Below, in pieces: positions 1 through 10,644 of a DNA stretch of 51,716 bases. Origin of the DNA: Octopus bimaculoides (taxonomy: Eukaryota). Where the stretch lies: positions 20,789,633 to 20,841,348 of the forward strand of contig NC_068990.1 in assembly GCF_001194135.2 (NCBI RefSeq), in the 5' to 3' direction. Both the position numbers and the translations under genes were made by a program. Positions within the stretch are counted from its first letter, which is position 1; each line of letters opens with the position of its first letter. Below the pieces are notes generated by a model that ran no database searches, had not been told where the DNA came from, and worked only from the letters and a program-made list of their open reading frames with translations.

Positions 1-58
<58 letters not shown>

Positions 59-222
59 GCAACAACAACGACATCGAAAAATACCTTAGGAATGAGAACC
101 CAGGTTCGAAATTTCCCCAAGACACTTGATGAAGGCTGGAGAGTATATCAGCCGAAACGTTGTGTTAACAACAAACAAGATGAGGACAAATATCTGTCAA
201 ATGTAAATAATGTAAATAGTGT
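1..222 (+). mobile_element. Hammerhead-bearing SINE-like retroposon (family D), copy 1; 5' part lies outside the window
   Basis: (AAT)n/(AAC)n spacer, then a ~150-bp body nearly identical to the reverse complements of 15199-15330 and 16686-16830, ending in a (TGTAAATAA)n tail. Confidence 0.85.
121..166 (+). ncRNA. Minimal type I hammerhead ribozyme motif, probably inactive (core C3 changed to U)
   Basis: GACAC-TTGATGA-A-GGCTG[GAGAGTATAT]CAGCC-GAAA-CGTT-GTGTT. Stems are intact but the core reads TTGATGA instead of CTGANGA. Confidence 0.55.
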
Positions 223-740
223 ACTAAATGGAATGTCATATTTTAAGATGGGAGTTGGTATCTTTGTTGGCTGTCAAGCTACGATGAACGGTGCATATAT
301 GTACACAAAGGGTCTTTCAAAGAAGCGGTCAGTATGAAAGAAAACATTTCGTGACATAAATAAAGCAGAGAAAATGAACAGCAACAGAATCAGTGGATGT
401 AACAATGGATTAACTGAGGGATGTGATTAGGTAAGTGGGTCAGGTCGATAATATAATCAATAATCAATCATAAACGACTATAGTGCATCCCTTTTACTGA
501 TAAGAGTAACTGCGATAACAGTACGACAAGGAAGATTAAAATGCGGCGACAGAAACCATAGCAACAGGAACAGAACGACAATATCAACACAGCAGACTCT
601 TTTGCCCGAGTCAGTTGTTTTGTGAGCTGAAATTGTAAGATGAAATAACAGGAAGAGTTATGTTGCAGGGCTACGGAACGTCGGAGGTGGTATTGATCCA
701 TCTGAGAAGATAATGCAGACACATGTTTGTATGTATATGT

Positions 741-1030
741 GAAGGTGCATGTCTCTGTTGTTAGTTTATCGGGCTCATATTCGTGAGGTAGTGAGTTCGA
801 TAGCTGGACTGGGCTGTGTTGCGTTCTTGAGCAAGACACTTTATTTCACGTTGCCCCACTTCACTCATCTGTAGAAATGAGTAACGACGTCACTGGTGCC
901 AATCAGTATCGGCCCTTACCTTTCCCTTGGGAAGTGTGGAGAGGGGCGGGTGGTATACATGGGTGACTGTGAGCCTTCTATAAAATCAACTTTGACTTGA
1001 CCAGACTTACCAGAGAACTTCCTTGATGAA
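741..1030 (+). mobile_element. tRNA-derived SINE with CORE-like central domain (family C-type head)
   Basis: Degenerate tRNA-like head (B-box-like GAGTTCGATAGC), then CTTGAGCAAGACACTTTATTTCAC...CTCATCTGTAGAAATGAG, which resembles the MIR/CORE consensus. Head is similar to 43155-43260. Confidence 0.7.
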
Positions 1031-1261
1031 TCCCATGGTCATTCCTGAAGAGTACATTGATATATAATGTACTCTAATTAATTAAATTAATTCAATTCAA
1101 CCATGAATTTAAATGATTTTTATATCTCCCTACGAAACGATCGTTTGTATGAATTAAAATTCTCTTATATATTATTATAACATCTCCTCTCCATTTTAAA
1201 CAAAATTGTTGAGTTTTATGGGTTTTGTTTCCATAAATTCACAACACATCATATACAAGTG

Positions 1262-1293
<32 letters not shown>

Positions 1294-1412
1294 ATTAACT
1301 ACCAACAAAAATAATCGGTAAGCTAACTCAAAAAATCATCACCAAAATAGCAGGGAAAAAACGACAGTGAAGGTATGCAGACTCTTCAAGAATCGATCCT
1401 TTTCGTTATATT

Positions 1413-1659
1413 AATAATAATAAAGGAGTTACGACGCAAAAACGTATAAATTCAAATGAACATTTTTTTCGCCATGAATGGTTTGTGTTTTTAAACGGAA
1501 TGTATTTTTTCTGATGTTATATTTACTCCTGAATGATGTGTAAAGAAATTTTGATTTAAGTCTCTTAATGAATTCTTTATACTGAAATATATATTGAAGA
1601 AGATAAATATGTTCATTTGAATTTATACGTCTTTGCGTCGTAACTCCTTTATTATTATT
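1413..1659. mobile_element. MITE (~247 bp) with 51-bp terminal inverted repeats
   Basis: 1413-1463 and 1609-1659 are reverse complements at 50/51 positions; the interior is AT-rich and non-coding. Confidence 0.85.
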
Positions 1660-2319
1660 TATATATANNNNNNNNNNNNNNNNNNNNNNNNNNNNNNNNN
1701 NNNNNNNNNNNNNNNNNNNNNNNNNNNNNNNNNNNNNNNNNNNNNNNNNNNNNNNNNNNNNNNNNNNNNNNNNNNNNNNNNNNNNNNNNNNNNNNNNNNN
1801 NNNNNNNNNNNNNNNNNNNNNNNNNNNNNNNNNNNNNNNNNNNNNNNNNNNNNNNNNNNNNNNNNNNNNNNNNNNNNNNNNNNNNNNNNNNNNNNNNNNN
1901 NNNNNNNNNNNNNNNNTATATATTATATATTATCGAACACACATACACAAGGTATGTGTTTTGCCAGTTCCTGGGCATGTTGCTATTATAGGCGTAAAAA
2001 AATATATTCTCATCAAGCGAATAAAATAGCATCAAGTCCCGTAACAGGTGCGATAGACATTAAAGTTTCGTTATTCTTGTGATGAAACTTGAACTTTAAC
2101 CGTGGTATGAACCGTTAGGCCATACCAGCAGATGGTTCACCGAGCTAACACGCGAACCACGCGAACCACTTTGTCCCTACTTTCAAGTTCGTGTCTCACA
2201 GCGTTCATACACAAACAATTTTTCTCGTCTGGCCGTAAAGCCTTTTCTGTTCGTTTTCCTGTCTTGTGTTTTGTCCGCCACGACATTCCTCCATGGCAAC
2301 ATTTGATTTGTGTATACAA

Positions 2320-2480
2320 ATTTAATTTGCGGTCCATGGGAAGAGCTGTTTTAACGATGCGTCCTGCCTAGCTCTTCGAAACGCCGGTGTTAAAACGGAG
2401 GTAGCTGATGAAGTAGAATGTTCTCTATGTGGCTTGTGTATTTTCTCGTCTCTGTTTTGTTTGCAATGTCCTGTACCCAG
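2320..2480 (+). mobile_element. Interspersed repeat (family E), possibly the terminus of a Penelope-like element
   Basis: Shares the ordered motifs AAATTT(A/T)ATTT..ATGGGA..GCTG..CGAAAYG..CTGATGAAG and a T-rich tail with the reverse complement of 45400-45570. The Penelope assignment is inference. Confidence 0.45.
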
Positions 2481-3261
2481 ATATGCACCTATACATACAG
2501 GTGGATGTCGGTATGCACATTCCTGTACGTANNNNNNNNNNNNNNNNNNNNNNNNNNNNNNNNNNNNNNNNNNNNNNNNNNNNNNNNNNNNNNNNNNNNN
2601 NNNNNNNNNNNNNNNNNNNNNNNNNNNNNNNNNNNNNNNNNNNNNNNNNNNNNNNNNNNNNNNNNNNNNNNNNNNNNNNNNNNNNNNNNNNNNNNNNNNN
2701 NNNNNNNNNNNNNNNNNNNNNNNNNNNNNNNNNNNNNNNNNNNNNNNNNNNNNNNNNNNNNNNNNNNNNNNNNNNNNNNNNNNNNNNNNNNNNNNNNNNN
2801 NNNNNNNNNNNNNNNNNNNNNNNNNNNNNNNNNNNNNNNNNNNNNNNNNNNNNNNNNNNNNNNNNNNNNNNNNNNNNNNNNNNNNNNNNNNNNNNNNNNN
2901 NNNNNNNNNNNNNNNNNNNNNNNNNNNNNNNNNNNNNNNNNNNNNNNNNNNNNNNNNNNNNNNNNNNNNNNNNNNNNNNNNNNNNNNNNNNNNNNNNNNN
3001 NNNNNNNNNNNNNNNNNNNNNNNNNNNNNATATATATATATATATACGGAAGCAATTTTACTGCGCTTACGGGTCAATTGTTTTGCAAATTATCACACTG
3101 TATTGTGTGTCTGTTGCAAGGAGTATTGTAATGATACTCAGGAATCATGGGAAACGTGACAGCACGCAATAGGATAGCAATTTGGAAAGACATTTTATAT
3201 AGATCTGATAGAAATTTTGATCATCTTCTCCAAACGTGTCGAAATAAAAGTAGAAGTAGCC

Positions 3262-3335
3262 AACCTGTCACGCAGTGAAACCGAACCCGGAACCAAGTGG
3301 TTGAGGAGCTAACTTCTTACCACACAGCTACACCA
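3262..3335 (-). mobile_element. SINE family B head fragment
   Basis: Reverse complement reads GTAGCTGTGTGGTAAGAAGTTAGCT...GGTTCCGGGTTCGGTTTCACTGCGTGAC, matching the heads at 44115-44222 and 51458-51580. Confidence 0.7.
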
Positions 3336-4194
3336 TGCCTTTAAACAGATATATCAAATATTGGTCTGCATTAGGTATGTATTAATGACAATAAGATATA
3401 AACAAAACAATAATGGCCCTTTATTTTCGTAAGGAGAAACACAAAGTTGAAATGCTTTTAGATTCATGACAGCCCTTTATCGAATCTTTTGAATTCTTGT
3501 ATATTTATAACAATATTGTTTAGTATGTTCTCCAATTCCTTAGGCGGAGGGGTATGGTTTGAGGGATAATTTAACTGTTATTTTAAGAAGTTCGAGCAGT
3601 AACACAAGGGTTTCACTCGCTGATTCGTTTACACTTTTGTTAAAATATTACTAGCACATCATGGAACTAAAATGGCTTCAAATATGAATCGAAACCGAAT
3701 GTAAAGTAGACAATATATGAAATTACCACTTATACTTCGCCGCAACCAGCCACAAAAATATCTATATATTTAATTGCATATTACAAGCAGATGAGCCGAT
3801 TTTTTTGTAAAGTTCCAAAAAATATTAAAATGGTAGGCCTTCAAACTGAAGTGATTATATTTATTCCACAATGTACATATTTTGTGCTTTAGATTGATGC
3901 TATTGTTGTTCTGTGCCTTGTTTTGCTAAAAAGTGGTGAATATATTTGCTGATTCTAAATTTCTAATAATTTCAGGAAGCAATTTGGAATTGAAAATTTC
4001 TGTATATTCTTCCAGTATTGATTTTTTTTAAGGTTTTTTAATTGATTAATGAAAAATTCGAACAAATTCCATTGGAAACGTTTTAAAAAAACATGTCAGA
4101 AACGCACATATATAGACACATACAAACTTTTCTTACAGAAGTAAAAATATGCATATTATATTTATATGCATGTATATATATATATGTATATATC

Positions 4195-4225
<31 letters not shown>

Positions 4226-4959
4226 NNNNNNNNNNNNNNNNNNNNNNNNNNNNNNNNNNNNNNNNNNNNNNNNNNNNNNNNNNNNNNNNNNNNNNNNNNN
4301 NNNNNNNNNNNNNNNNNNNNNNNNNNNNNNNNNNNNNNNNNNNNNNNNNNNNNNNNNNNNNNNNNNNNNNNNNNNNNNNNNNNNNNNNNNNNNNNNNNNN
4401 NNNNNNNNNNNNNNNNNNNNNNNNNNNNNNNNNNNNNNNNNNNNNNNNNNNNNNNNNNNNNNNNNNNNNNNNNNNNNNNNNNNNNNNNNNNNNNNNNNNN
4501 NNNNNNNNNNNNNNNNNNNNNNNNNNNNNNNNNNNNNNNNNNNNNNNNNNNNNNNNNNNNNNNNNNNNNNNNNNNNNNNNNNNNNNNNNNNNNNNNNNNN
4601 NNNNNNNNNNNNNNNNNNNNNNNNNNNNNNNNNNNNNNNNNNNNNNNNNNNNNNNNNNNNNNNNNNNNNNNNNNNNNNNNNNNNNNNNNNNNNNNNNNNN
4701 NNNNNNNNNNNNNNNNNNNNNNNNNNNNNNNNNNNNNNNNNNNNNNNNNNNNNNNNNNNNNNNNNNNNNNNNNNNNNNNNNNNNNNNNNNNNNNNNNNNN
4801 NNNNNNNNNNNNNNNNNNNNNNNNNNNNNNNNNNNNNNNNNNNNNNNNNNNNNNNNNNNNNNNNNNNNNNNNNNNNNNNNNNNNNNNNNNNNNNNNNNNN
4901 NNNNNNNNNNNNNNNNNNNNNNNNNNNNNNNNNNNNNNNNNNNNNNNNNNNNNNNNNNN

Positions 4960-5001
<42 letters not shown>
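4960..5001. repeat. (CA)n microsatellite at a gap edge
   Basis: Directly visible. Confidence 0.95.
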
Positions 5002-5005
<4 letters not shown>

Positions 5006-5542
5006 TGCATACATTTTCTCTCTCAATACTGCCATTTTTCTTTCTCGCTCACTCCCATTTTAGTGGTATCAGAACAGCAAATAAACATTATTTTTTTCAT
5101 TCTTCACTATAGTCATTATCCCCCAGTTTAACTGGTATATATTCAAATTTCTATTGAGCGATAAACAAGAACGGGTAGCATGGGTGTTTGATTTTTAAAA
5201 TGAAACTATTGATCATTATTTTTCTAACCCTCCTTTTTTTTTTTATCGTTTCGTTAAAATTTCCCTCCACCCACTCTAGTAACAATTATAGAGGTTGCCA
5301 ATCATAAGGGAGGGGTTGATTGTTAATGACAACGGAAAGTAAAATAAAAACAAAATATATGCGTATATGTATAAATATGTATATGTAAAATAGTTTTAGC
5401 ACTCTGATGAGATGAAATATCAGAATGATTTCTGTGATGTTAAATTATACATACATATCTACATACGTACATGCACGCATGTATACAGACATGCATTCAC
5501 ACATACATACACGCACACATACATATGCATGCATCAAATTGA

Positions 5543-5582
5543 ACACACACACACACACACACCTATGTATACTATAACATAA

Positions 5583-5646
<64 letters not shown>
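5543..5646. repeat. (AC)n and (GT)n tracts in inverted arrangement with a 22-bp spacer
   Basis: (AC)10 at 5543-5562 and (GT)31 at 5585-5646. Confidence 0.9.
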
Positions 5647-5653
<7 letters not shown>

Positions 5654-5747
5654 TGCGTGCGTGCTGTTGTAAGTTTGAGTACATCTGTGTTTGTATGTGT
5701 GTTCGAAATCATGTAACATAGGCTATATGATTAAATGTAAAAATGTA

Positions 5748-5810
5748 TAGGTCGGGTGGGTAACGAATTTTGCTTTTTACTTAAGGACCAGCAGTTCGAA
5801 TCCCTTTCTG
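5748..5810 (+). mobile_element. Degenerate tRNA-like SINE head
   Basis: A-box-like TAGGTCGGGTGG and B box GTTCGAATCCC (5794-5804); no cloverleaf can be folded. Confidence 0.35.
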
Positions 5811-6190
5811 GCTAATAAACTTTATCCTAATCCATCTCCGACAATTTATCAAACAGAAAACAAGCATCAAGCATCCACTGCGTGGGGCGGACATAAATAA
5901 AATAAATAAATAAATATATAAATAAATAAATAGACATAATACGCCATCAAAGAGAATAATATCAAATTTATGACTAAATCTAATTATGAAAGATCAAGTA
6001 ATTGGCACTACAACATCAGATAAGAAACTTATATCAAACTATTCATATTAAAGATATTTCCACATGTATAGTTTGTTGGTGATCTTCCGAAACACCGAGT
6101 CACAAAATACAGGTTTCGTTTCCTGCCAGCGAATCATTTCGTTTCAGTTCTCAATCTTCTTCACTTGTGATTCCCAGTCATAGTATATTC

Positions 6191-6380
6191 TCTTATCCTT
6201 TTGTTTCAGACTGCGGCCATGCTGGAGCACCGCCTTTAGTCGAGCATTTATTCTTTTGTAAGATTAGAACTTATTCTATCGGTCTCATTTTATCGAACCG
6301 CTAATGTTACGGGGACGTAAACACACAATCATCGGTTGTCAAGTGATGATGGGAGGACAAACACAGACACACAAACACAC
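6191..6380 (-). mobile_element. SINE family B, 3' half
   Basis: GACTGCGGCCATGCTGGAGCACCGCCTTTAGTCGAGC...GGGGACGTAAACAC block, repeated at 6438-6733, 36935-37135 and 48868-49065. Confidence 0.85.
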
Positions 6381-6437
6381 ACACACATACACACACACAC
6401 ACACACTCTCTCTCTCTCACACACACACACATATATA

Positions 6438-6733
6438 CTCTTTTAATCTTTTACTTGTTTCATTTATTTGACTGCGGCCATGCTGGAGCACCGCCTTTAT
6501 TCGAGCAAACCGACCCCATGACTTATTGTTTGTAAGCCTAGTACTTATTATATCGGTCTCTTTTTCTGAACCGCTAAGTTAAGGGGACGTAAACACACCA
6601 GCATCGGTTGTCAGGCGATTTTGGGGAGACAAACAAACACGCACACATATATCTATATACATATGCATATATACGACAGGCTTCTTTCAGTTTCCGTCTA
6701 CCAAATCCACTCACAAAGCTTTGGTCGGTCCGA
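6438..6733 (-). mobile_element. SINE family B, interrupted at its 5' side by a family A copy
   Basis: Same block as 6191-6380, plus GGCTTCTTTCAGTTTCCGTCTACCAAATCCACTCACAAAGCTTTGGTCGG; homology stops where family A begins. Confidence 0.85.
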
Positions 6734-6739
6734 AATATT

Positions 6740-6935
6740 GCACAAGGCCAGCAATTTCGGGGAAGAGTGTGGATCAAATACATCGACTCCAATGCTCAAC
6801 TGGTACTTATTTTATCGACCCCGAAAAGATGACAGGCAAAGCCGACCTCGGCGGAATTTGAACTCAGAACATATAGACGAAATGCCGCTAATCATTTAGT
6901 TCGGCATACTAACGATTCTACTAACTCAACAGCCT
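6740..6935 (-). mobile_element. tRNA-derived SINE family A
   Basis: Reverse complement matches the consensus AAGGCGGCGAGCTGGCAGAA..GTTAG..GTTCTGAGTTCAAATTCCGCCGAGGTCG..TTTCGGGGTCGATAAA seen in more than 12 copies here. Confidence 0.85.
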
Positions 6936-6949
6936 ATACAACACTGGTA

Positions 6950-7165
6950 TTGGTTTCAAATTTCGGCACACGGCCAGCAATTTCGAGGTAGGGTGCATTC
7001 AGATACATCGACAGCAGTGCTCAAATGGTAATTACCTTATCGATCGCGAAATTATGAAAAACAGAGCCGACATCGACGGCATTTGAACGCAGAATGTAAA
7101 GTCAGATGAATAACCCAGGAAGCATTTTGTCCGGTGTGCTAACGATTCTGCCAGTTCACCGCATT
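6950..7165 (-). mobile_element. tRNA-derived SINE family A, tandem with the previous copy
   Basis: Same consensus; starts 15 bp from the previous copy. Confidence 0.85.
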
Positions 7166-8639
7166 GCCAAACATATTAAAATTAAAAAGACTCTACGAAA
7201 TACGTAATATGTTGCTGAGTCTCCAAAACGATGAGTCAAAAATCCTTGTGTCATTAATTCTCGATGAATCATTTCATTTCAATTCTGAACATTCCGCAAC
7301 TATGGTATCTGATTTGGGTCATTATCTTATAAAGAGCTCAGTTTTGTCAAGCAGGATTACTTCTTATACAAGAAGGTCGAGTTTCCGGTAACGCCGGCAC
7401 AAACAATTACCAATTAATGAATCGCAAACGTTTCCAGTCGTATGTTTATAAGTAATTGAAATGCAATGAGGTTTGTTCGTATCAACTGGACAGTTTTACC
7501 GTACAAGTGTTACTCGAAATCAAACTCCTGTCTCGTCTCATATGCTGCAGAAATGTTTTATATTTTATTTTCCACGCACATACACACATACACATACATA
7601 TTTAGACACACATAGGATTGTTTTGTTTAAGGATTCTTGGTTTCTAGGTTTACAGTGGTTTACGAGGTCTGATAAAAAATTAGCGAAACTGTTGCAATGG
7701 TAACAGAGATAAAGTACGCAAAGGGAATACGTTTGGCACAGATTGTTTTGAACTCTGTCGCTCAATCGCACTAACTTATATCATTCTCGTTCACTTCCGT
7801 TGTTTATAGCAGTGCTTGGGAATAAAGTGTGTAGAGTGTGGTCGTCTCACCACACAGAGATTCCGTCAGTGACAATGGCAGAAAAAATATTTGTGTGTGC
7901 ATGTGTGTATGTGTGTATGTGTGTATGTGTGAGAGACAGAGAAGTAGAGGGAGGGAGAGAGGTGTATACGTGGAAAGAGAAACATCTTGAAGGTTTCTAC
8001 AGCCAAGAATCTTTCCAAAAGTCAAATCCCACTTGAAAAGAATAAAATTACAAGGCGTCGATGAAATCCTAGAGAATGCGATGAGGCACCTGCTCCATAT
8101 GCCTCAAAAAGGGTGTTCCAGGAATACTTCTATTAGCAAAGTTTTAGCATCAGGTGATACAGGAACATCCATGCAAAAATCTCCTGCATCTTATACCAGA
8201 ACAGCTGTATGCTAATGAAGTTCATTACTTGATTTCTTCTACTTTTCTCATTTATTCAATATCTTTATCACGCTCTGTACTCGACGATCACTTTTAACGT
8301 ATAAATATTGAATTCTAAGACCAGGTTATAAGTATCGCTATGTCTTGGCAAAGTCTTAACTCGCACACTCATACACACACTCACCTTCACTCATCACACA
8401 CACACATACACATACATATGTATAAGCTCTGACACCTATAATTTAGAGTTAATTATCATGTACTGTACATTGGTAAATTGTCCATTTCTATGAGAATAAC
8501 ATAGCCTCTTTCTGTCTGATAAACAACGTTCATTGAAACAGTGATGAATTATAATAAATCCGCGAATGATGCAGGATTTAATAACAATATCAATCTATAT
8601 GCTTTATTCATTTATTTATTTATCCATTCATTGATTCAT

Positions 8640-8876
8640 TTGATTCTCATTGTGCCTTGTGGTACTTGGGCCAACCGCAAAATCCTTCCACCTTCAAACA
8701 CTGAAACCGTCCTTGACAGATTCTTCCATTGTTAACCCTATGCTTTTAAGATCTTTTGTTATTGTTCTCCGCCACGTTTCCTTTTATCGTCCACGTCTTC
8801 TTTTAACTTGTGGAACCTATTGCAAAGCGTTCGACAAGCTCGACCCAGCCGTATCTATTTCTTTGCTTCACCTGTG
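8640..8876 (-). mobile_element. RTE-clade LINE 3' end fragment (decayed ORF C-terminus)
   Basis: Minus strand translates as VPQVKRRRGR*KETWRRTITKDLKSIGLTMEE, matching the RTE C-terminal motif W.P.GKR.RGRPK.TWRR....DL...GL.W.E. Confidence 0.75.
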
Positions 8877-8895
8877 TCATCCGGGCTTGGGGCCT

Positions 8896-9010
8896 ATGCT
8901 GGTCCCAAGCCCGGATGAAAAAGGAGGAGGGTTAGGCATACCCAAACCTCCTCCTGAAAAGGAGGAGGACTAGCATCCCCATCCCGTAAAAATGTATCAA
9001 AAGCTACAGA
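8896..9010 (+). mobile_element. RTE-like 5' UTR motif with foldback hairpins
   Basis: GGTCCCAAGCCCGGATGAAAAAGGAGGAGGGTT...CTAGCATCCCCATCCCGTAAAAA resembles the 5' UTR motif I recall from RTE elements. Confidence 0.5.
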
Positions 9011-9118
9011 AAGGATAACAAGAAATAATATAAAAATGAAACTAAATCTATATGATACAGAATATTAACCCACCCTGCGACATAACTTGCTTAACGATGC
9101 CAATATTTTCTTGTCTGG

Positions 9119-9312
9119 AAGGTGGCGAGCTGGCAGAAATGTTAGCACGCCGGGCAAAATGCTTAGCGCTATTTCGTCTGTCTTTACGTTCTCAGTTCAA
9201 ATTCCGCCGAGGTCGACTTTGCATTTCATCCTTTCGGGATCGATAAATTAAGTACCCGTTACGTACAGGGTCGATCTAATCAACTGTCTCCCAACCCAAA
9301 CATTTCGTGCCT

Positions 9313-9313
<1 letters not shown>
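9119..9313 (+). mobile_element. tRNA-derived SINE family A
   Basis: AAGGTGGCGAGCTGGCAGAAATGTTAGCACGCCGGGC...CAGTTCAAATTCCGCCGAGGTCGAC; A- and B-box-like motifs present. Confidence 0.9.
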
Positions 9314-9349
<36 letters not shown>

Positions 9350-9359
9350 TGTCTGTCTG

Positions 9360-9397
<38 letters not shown>

Positions 9398-9420
9398 TCT
9401 CTCTCACTCTCACTCTCTCT
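9314..9420. repeat. (TTTC)n/(TC)n microsatellite
   Basis: Directly visible. Confidence 0.9.
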
Positions 9421-9512
9421 CTCCTTCCCTCCCATGCATATTCATACGTACATACATATATACATATATAATAACTGAGATGTCCTATGATGTAATTTTC
9501 AGATTGGCGCCC

Positions 9513-9534
9513 TACTACTGCTGCTGCTACTACA

Positions 9535-9582
<48 letters not shown>
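9513..9582. repeat. (CTA)n microsatellite
   Basis: Directly visible; abuts a family A head. Confidence 0.95.
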
Positions 9583-9583
<1 letters not shown>

Positions 9584-9765
9584 AGGCGACGAGCTGTCAG
9601 AATCGTTTACACGCCGGGCAAAATGCTTTGCGGAATTTCGTCCGTCATTACGGCCTGGGTTCAAATTTCACCGATGTCGACGATACCTTTCATCCTTTCG
9701 GGGTCGATGAAATATTCGACAGGCCCCCTTCCTCACAATTTCATGCCTTGTGCTTAATAGAAAGC
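9583..9765 (+). mobile_element. tRNA-derived SINE family A with (ATT)n tail
   Basis: Family A consensus, followed by (ATT)n at 9766-9792. Confidence 0.88.
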
Positions 9766-9792
9766 ATTATTATTATTATTATTATTATTACT

Positions 9793-10285
9793 ATTGAATG
9801 AGAGAGCAGCGCATGGCATCAAAGTGACACTGGGGTAAAATATACGAAGCCCAGTATACCCATCATGACTACCCGTCTGATAAGGGTACACCAGGCACAT
9901 GATACACAACCATATGTGCGCGACATGGTGATCTCATATCAAGACAAACAGCGCATGAACTTGCAGGTGTGGCCGAGTTAGAATATTCTCATGGTCGAGT
10001 AGCCCATCCCGCTCAAAAGGTCCTTGAACAAAAGTTGTTTGAGGATGTCGAACGAAATAGCCATGTTTCCAAAGATGAATTACCCAAACCCAAAAATATT
10101 CCTCTCAGTACATGGCTGTGATGCTCCCCACACTACTTCTACTCGTGATCAGAGATGCACATATCGTCAGCCACTAAGGAACATGCTCAATTGGTTAAGA
10201 TCAAGCAACTGACAAGCAAATCTGTGGTATTGAGCAGAATATTTGCTGTAGCCCATCTTTTGTACCAAGACAAAACAATATACAT
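9793..10285. mobile_element. Probable interspersed repeat (~490 bp) abutting (ATT)n
   Basis: Higher-GC block recognised from memory as an abundant octopus repeat. Single copy here, so not confirmed within the window. Confidence 0.4.
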
Positions 10286-10399
10286 GATAGTACCTTATTA
10301 TTAGTAGTATTATTATTAAGTCCGCGAGCTGATTAAACTCACCTCAGGAGACCTCATACAAATCAAGTGAATTCTCTGCTTCGAATTTACCAGGGCAAA

Positions 10400-10607
10400 A
10401 ACGAGTTATACCTGTTATTCAAAGGGGCCATCCTTGTCGCATTCGGTCTGTCATGCTGATTCTCTTTGTGAACTTCGTTAAGGGTACTCGTGTCTGTGGA
10501 GTGCTTAGCCACTTGCACGTCAGTTTTACGAGCACGCTGCTCCGTTGATTGGATAAAACTGGAACACTCGTCATGGCAACCGGCTGAGTGTCCTGCCAGG
10601 TTCGGTG
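10400..10607 (+). mobile_element. SINE family C, 3' part
   Basis: CCTTGTCGCATTCGGTCTGTCA...AGCCACTTGCACGT...CTGGAACACTCGTC aligns with 43305-43477. Confidence 0.75.
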
Positions 10608-10644
10608 GGAAACTACTCAACCTATCTCAATACAGTGGGAAATC

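Noticed and set aside
92-337. ORF MRTQVRNFPKT..., duplicated at 16581-16814 and partly at 15222-15428
   Set aside because: The shared peptide simply reflects family D repeat copies; reading frames diverge outside the repeat. The conserved signal is RNA structure.
374-436. Perfect donor AG|GTAAGT after a short ATG frame
   Set aside because: The frame ends in TAG at the junction and there is no convincing acceptor.
5404-5430. CTGATGAG hammerhead-like word
   Set aside because: Helix II of 3 bp is not followed by GAAA, and there is no helix I.
5748-5810. Possible tRNA gene, and the other A/B-box-containing heads
   Set aside because: No cloverleaf or acceptor stem; all are SINE heads.
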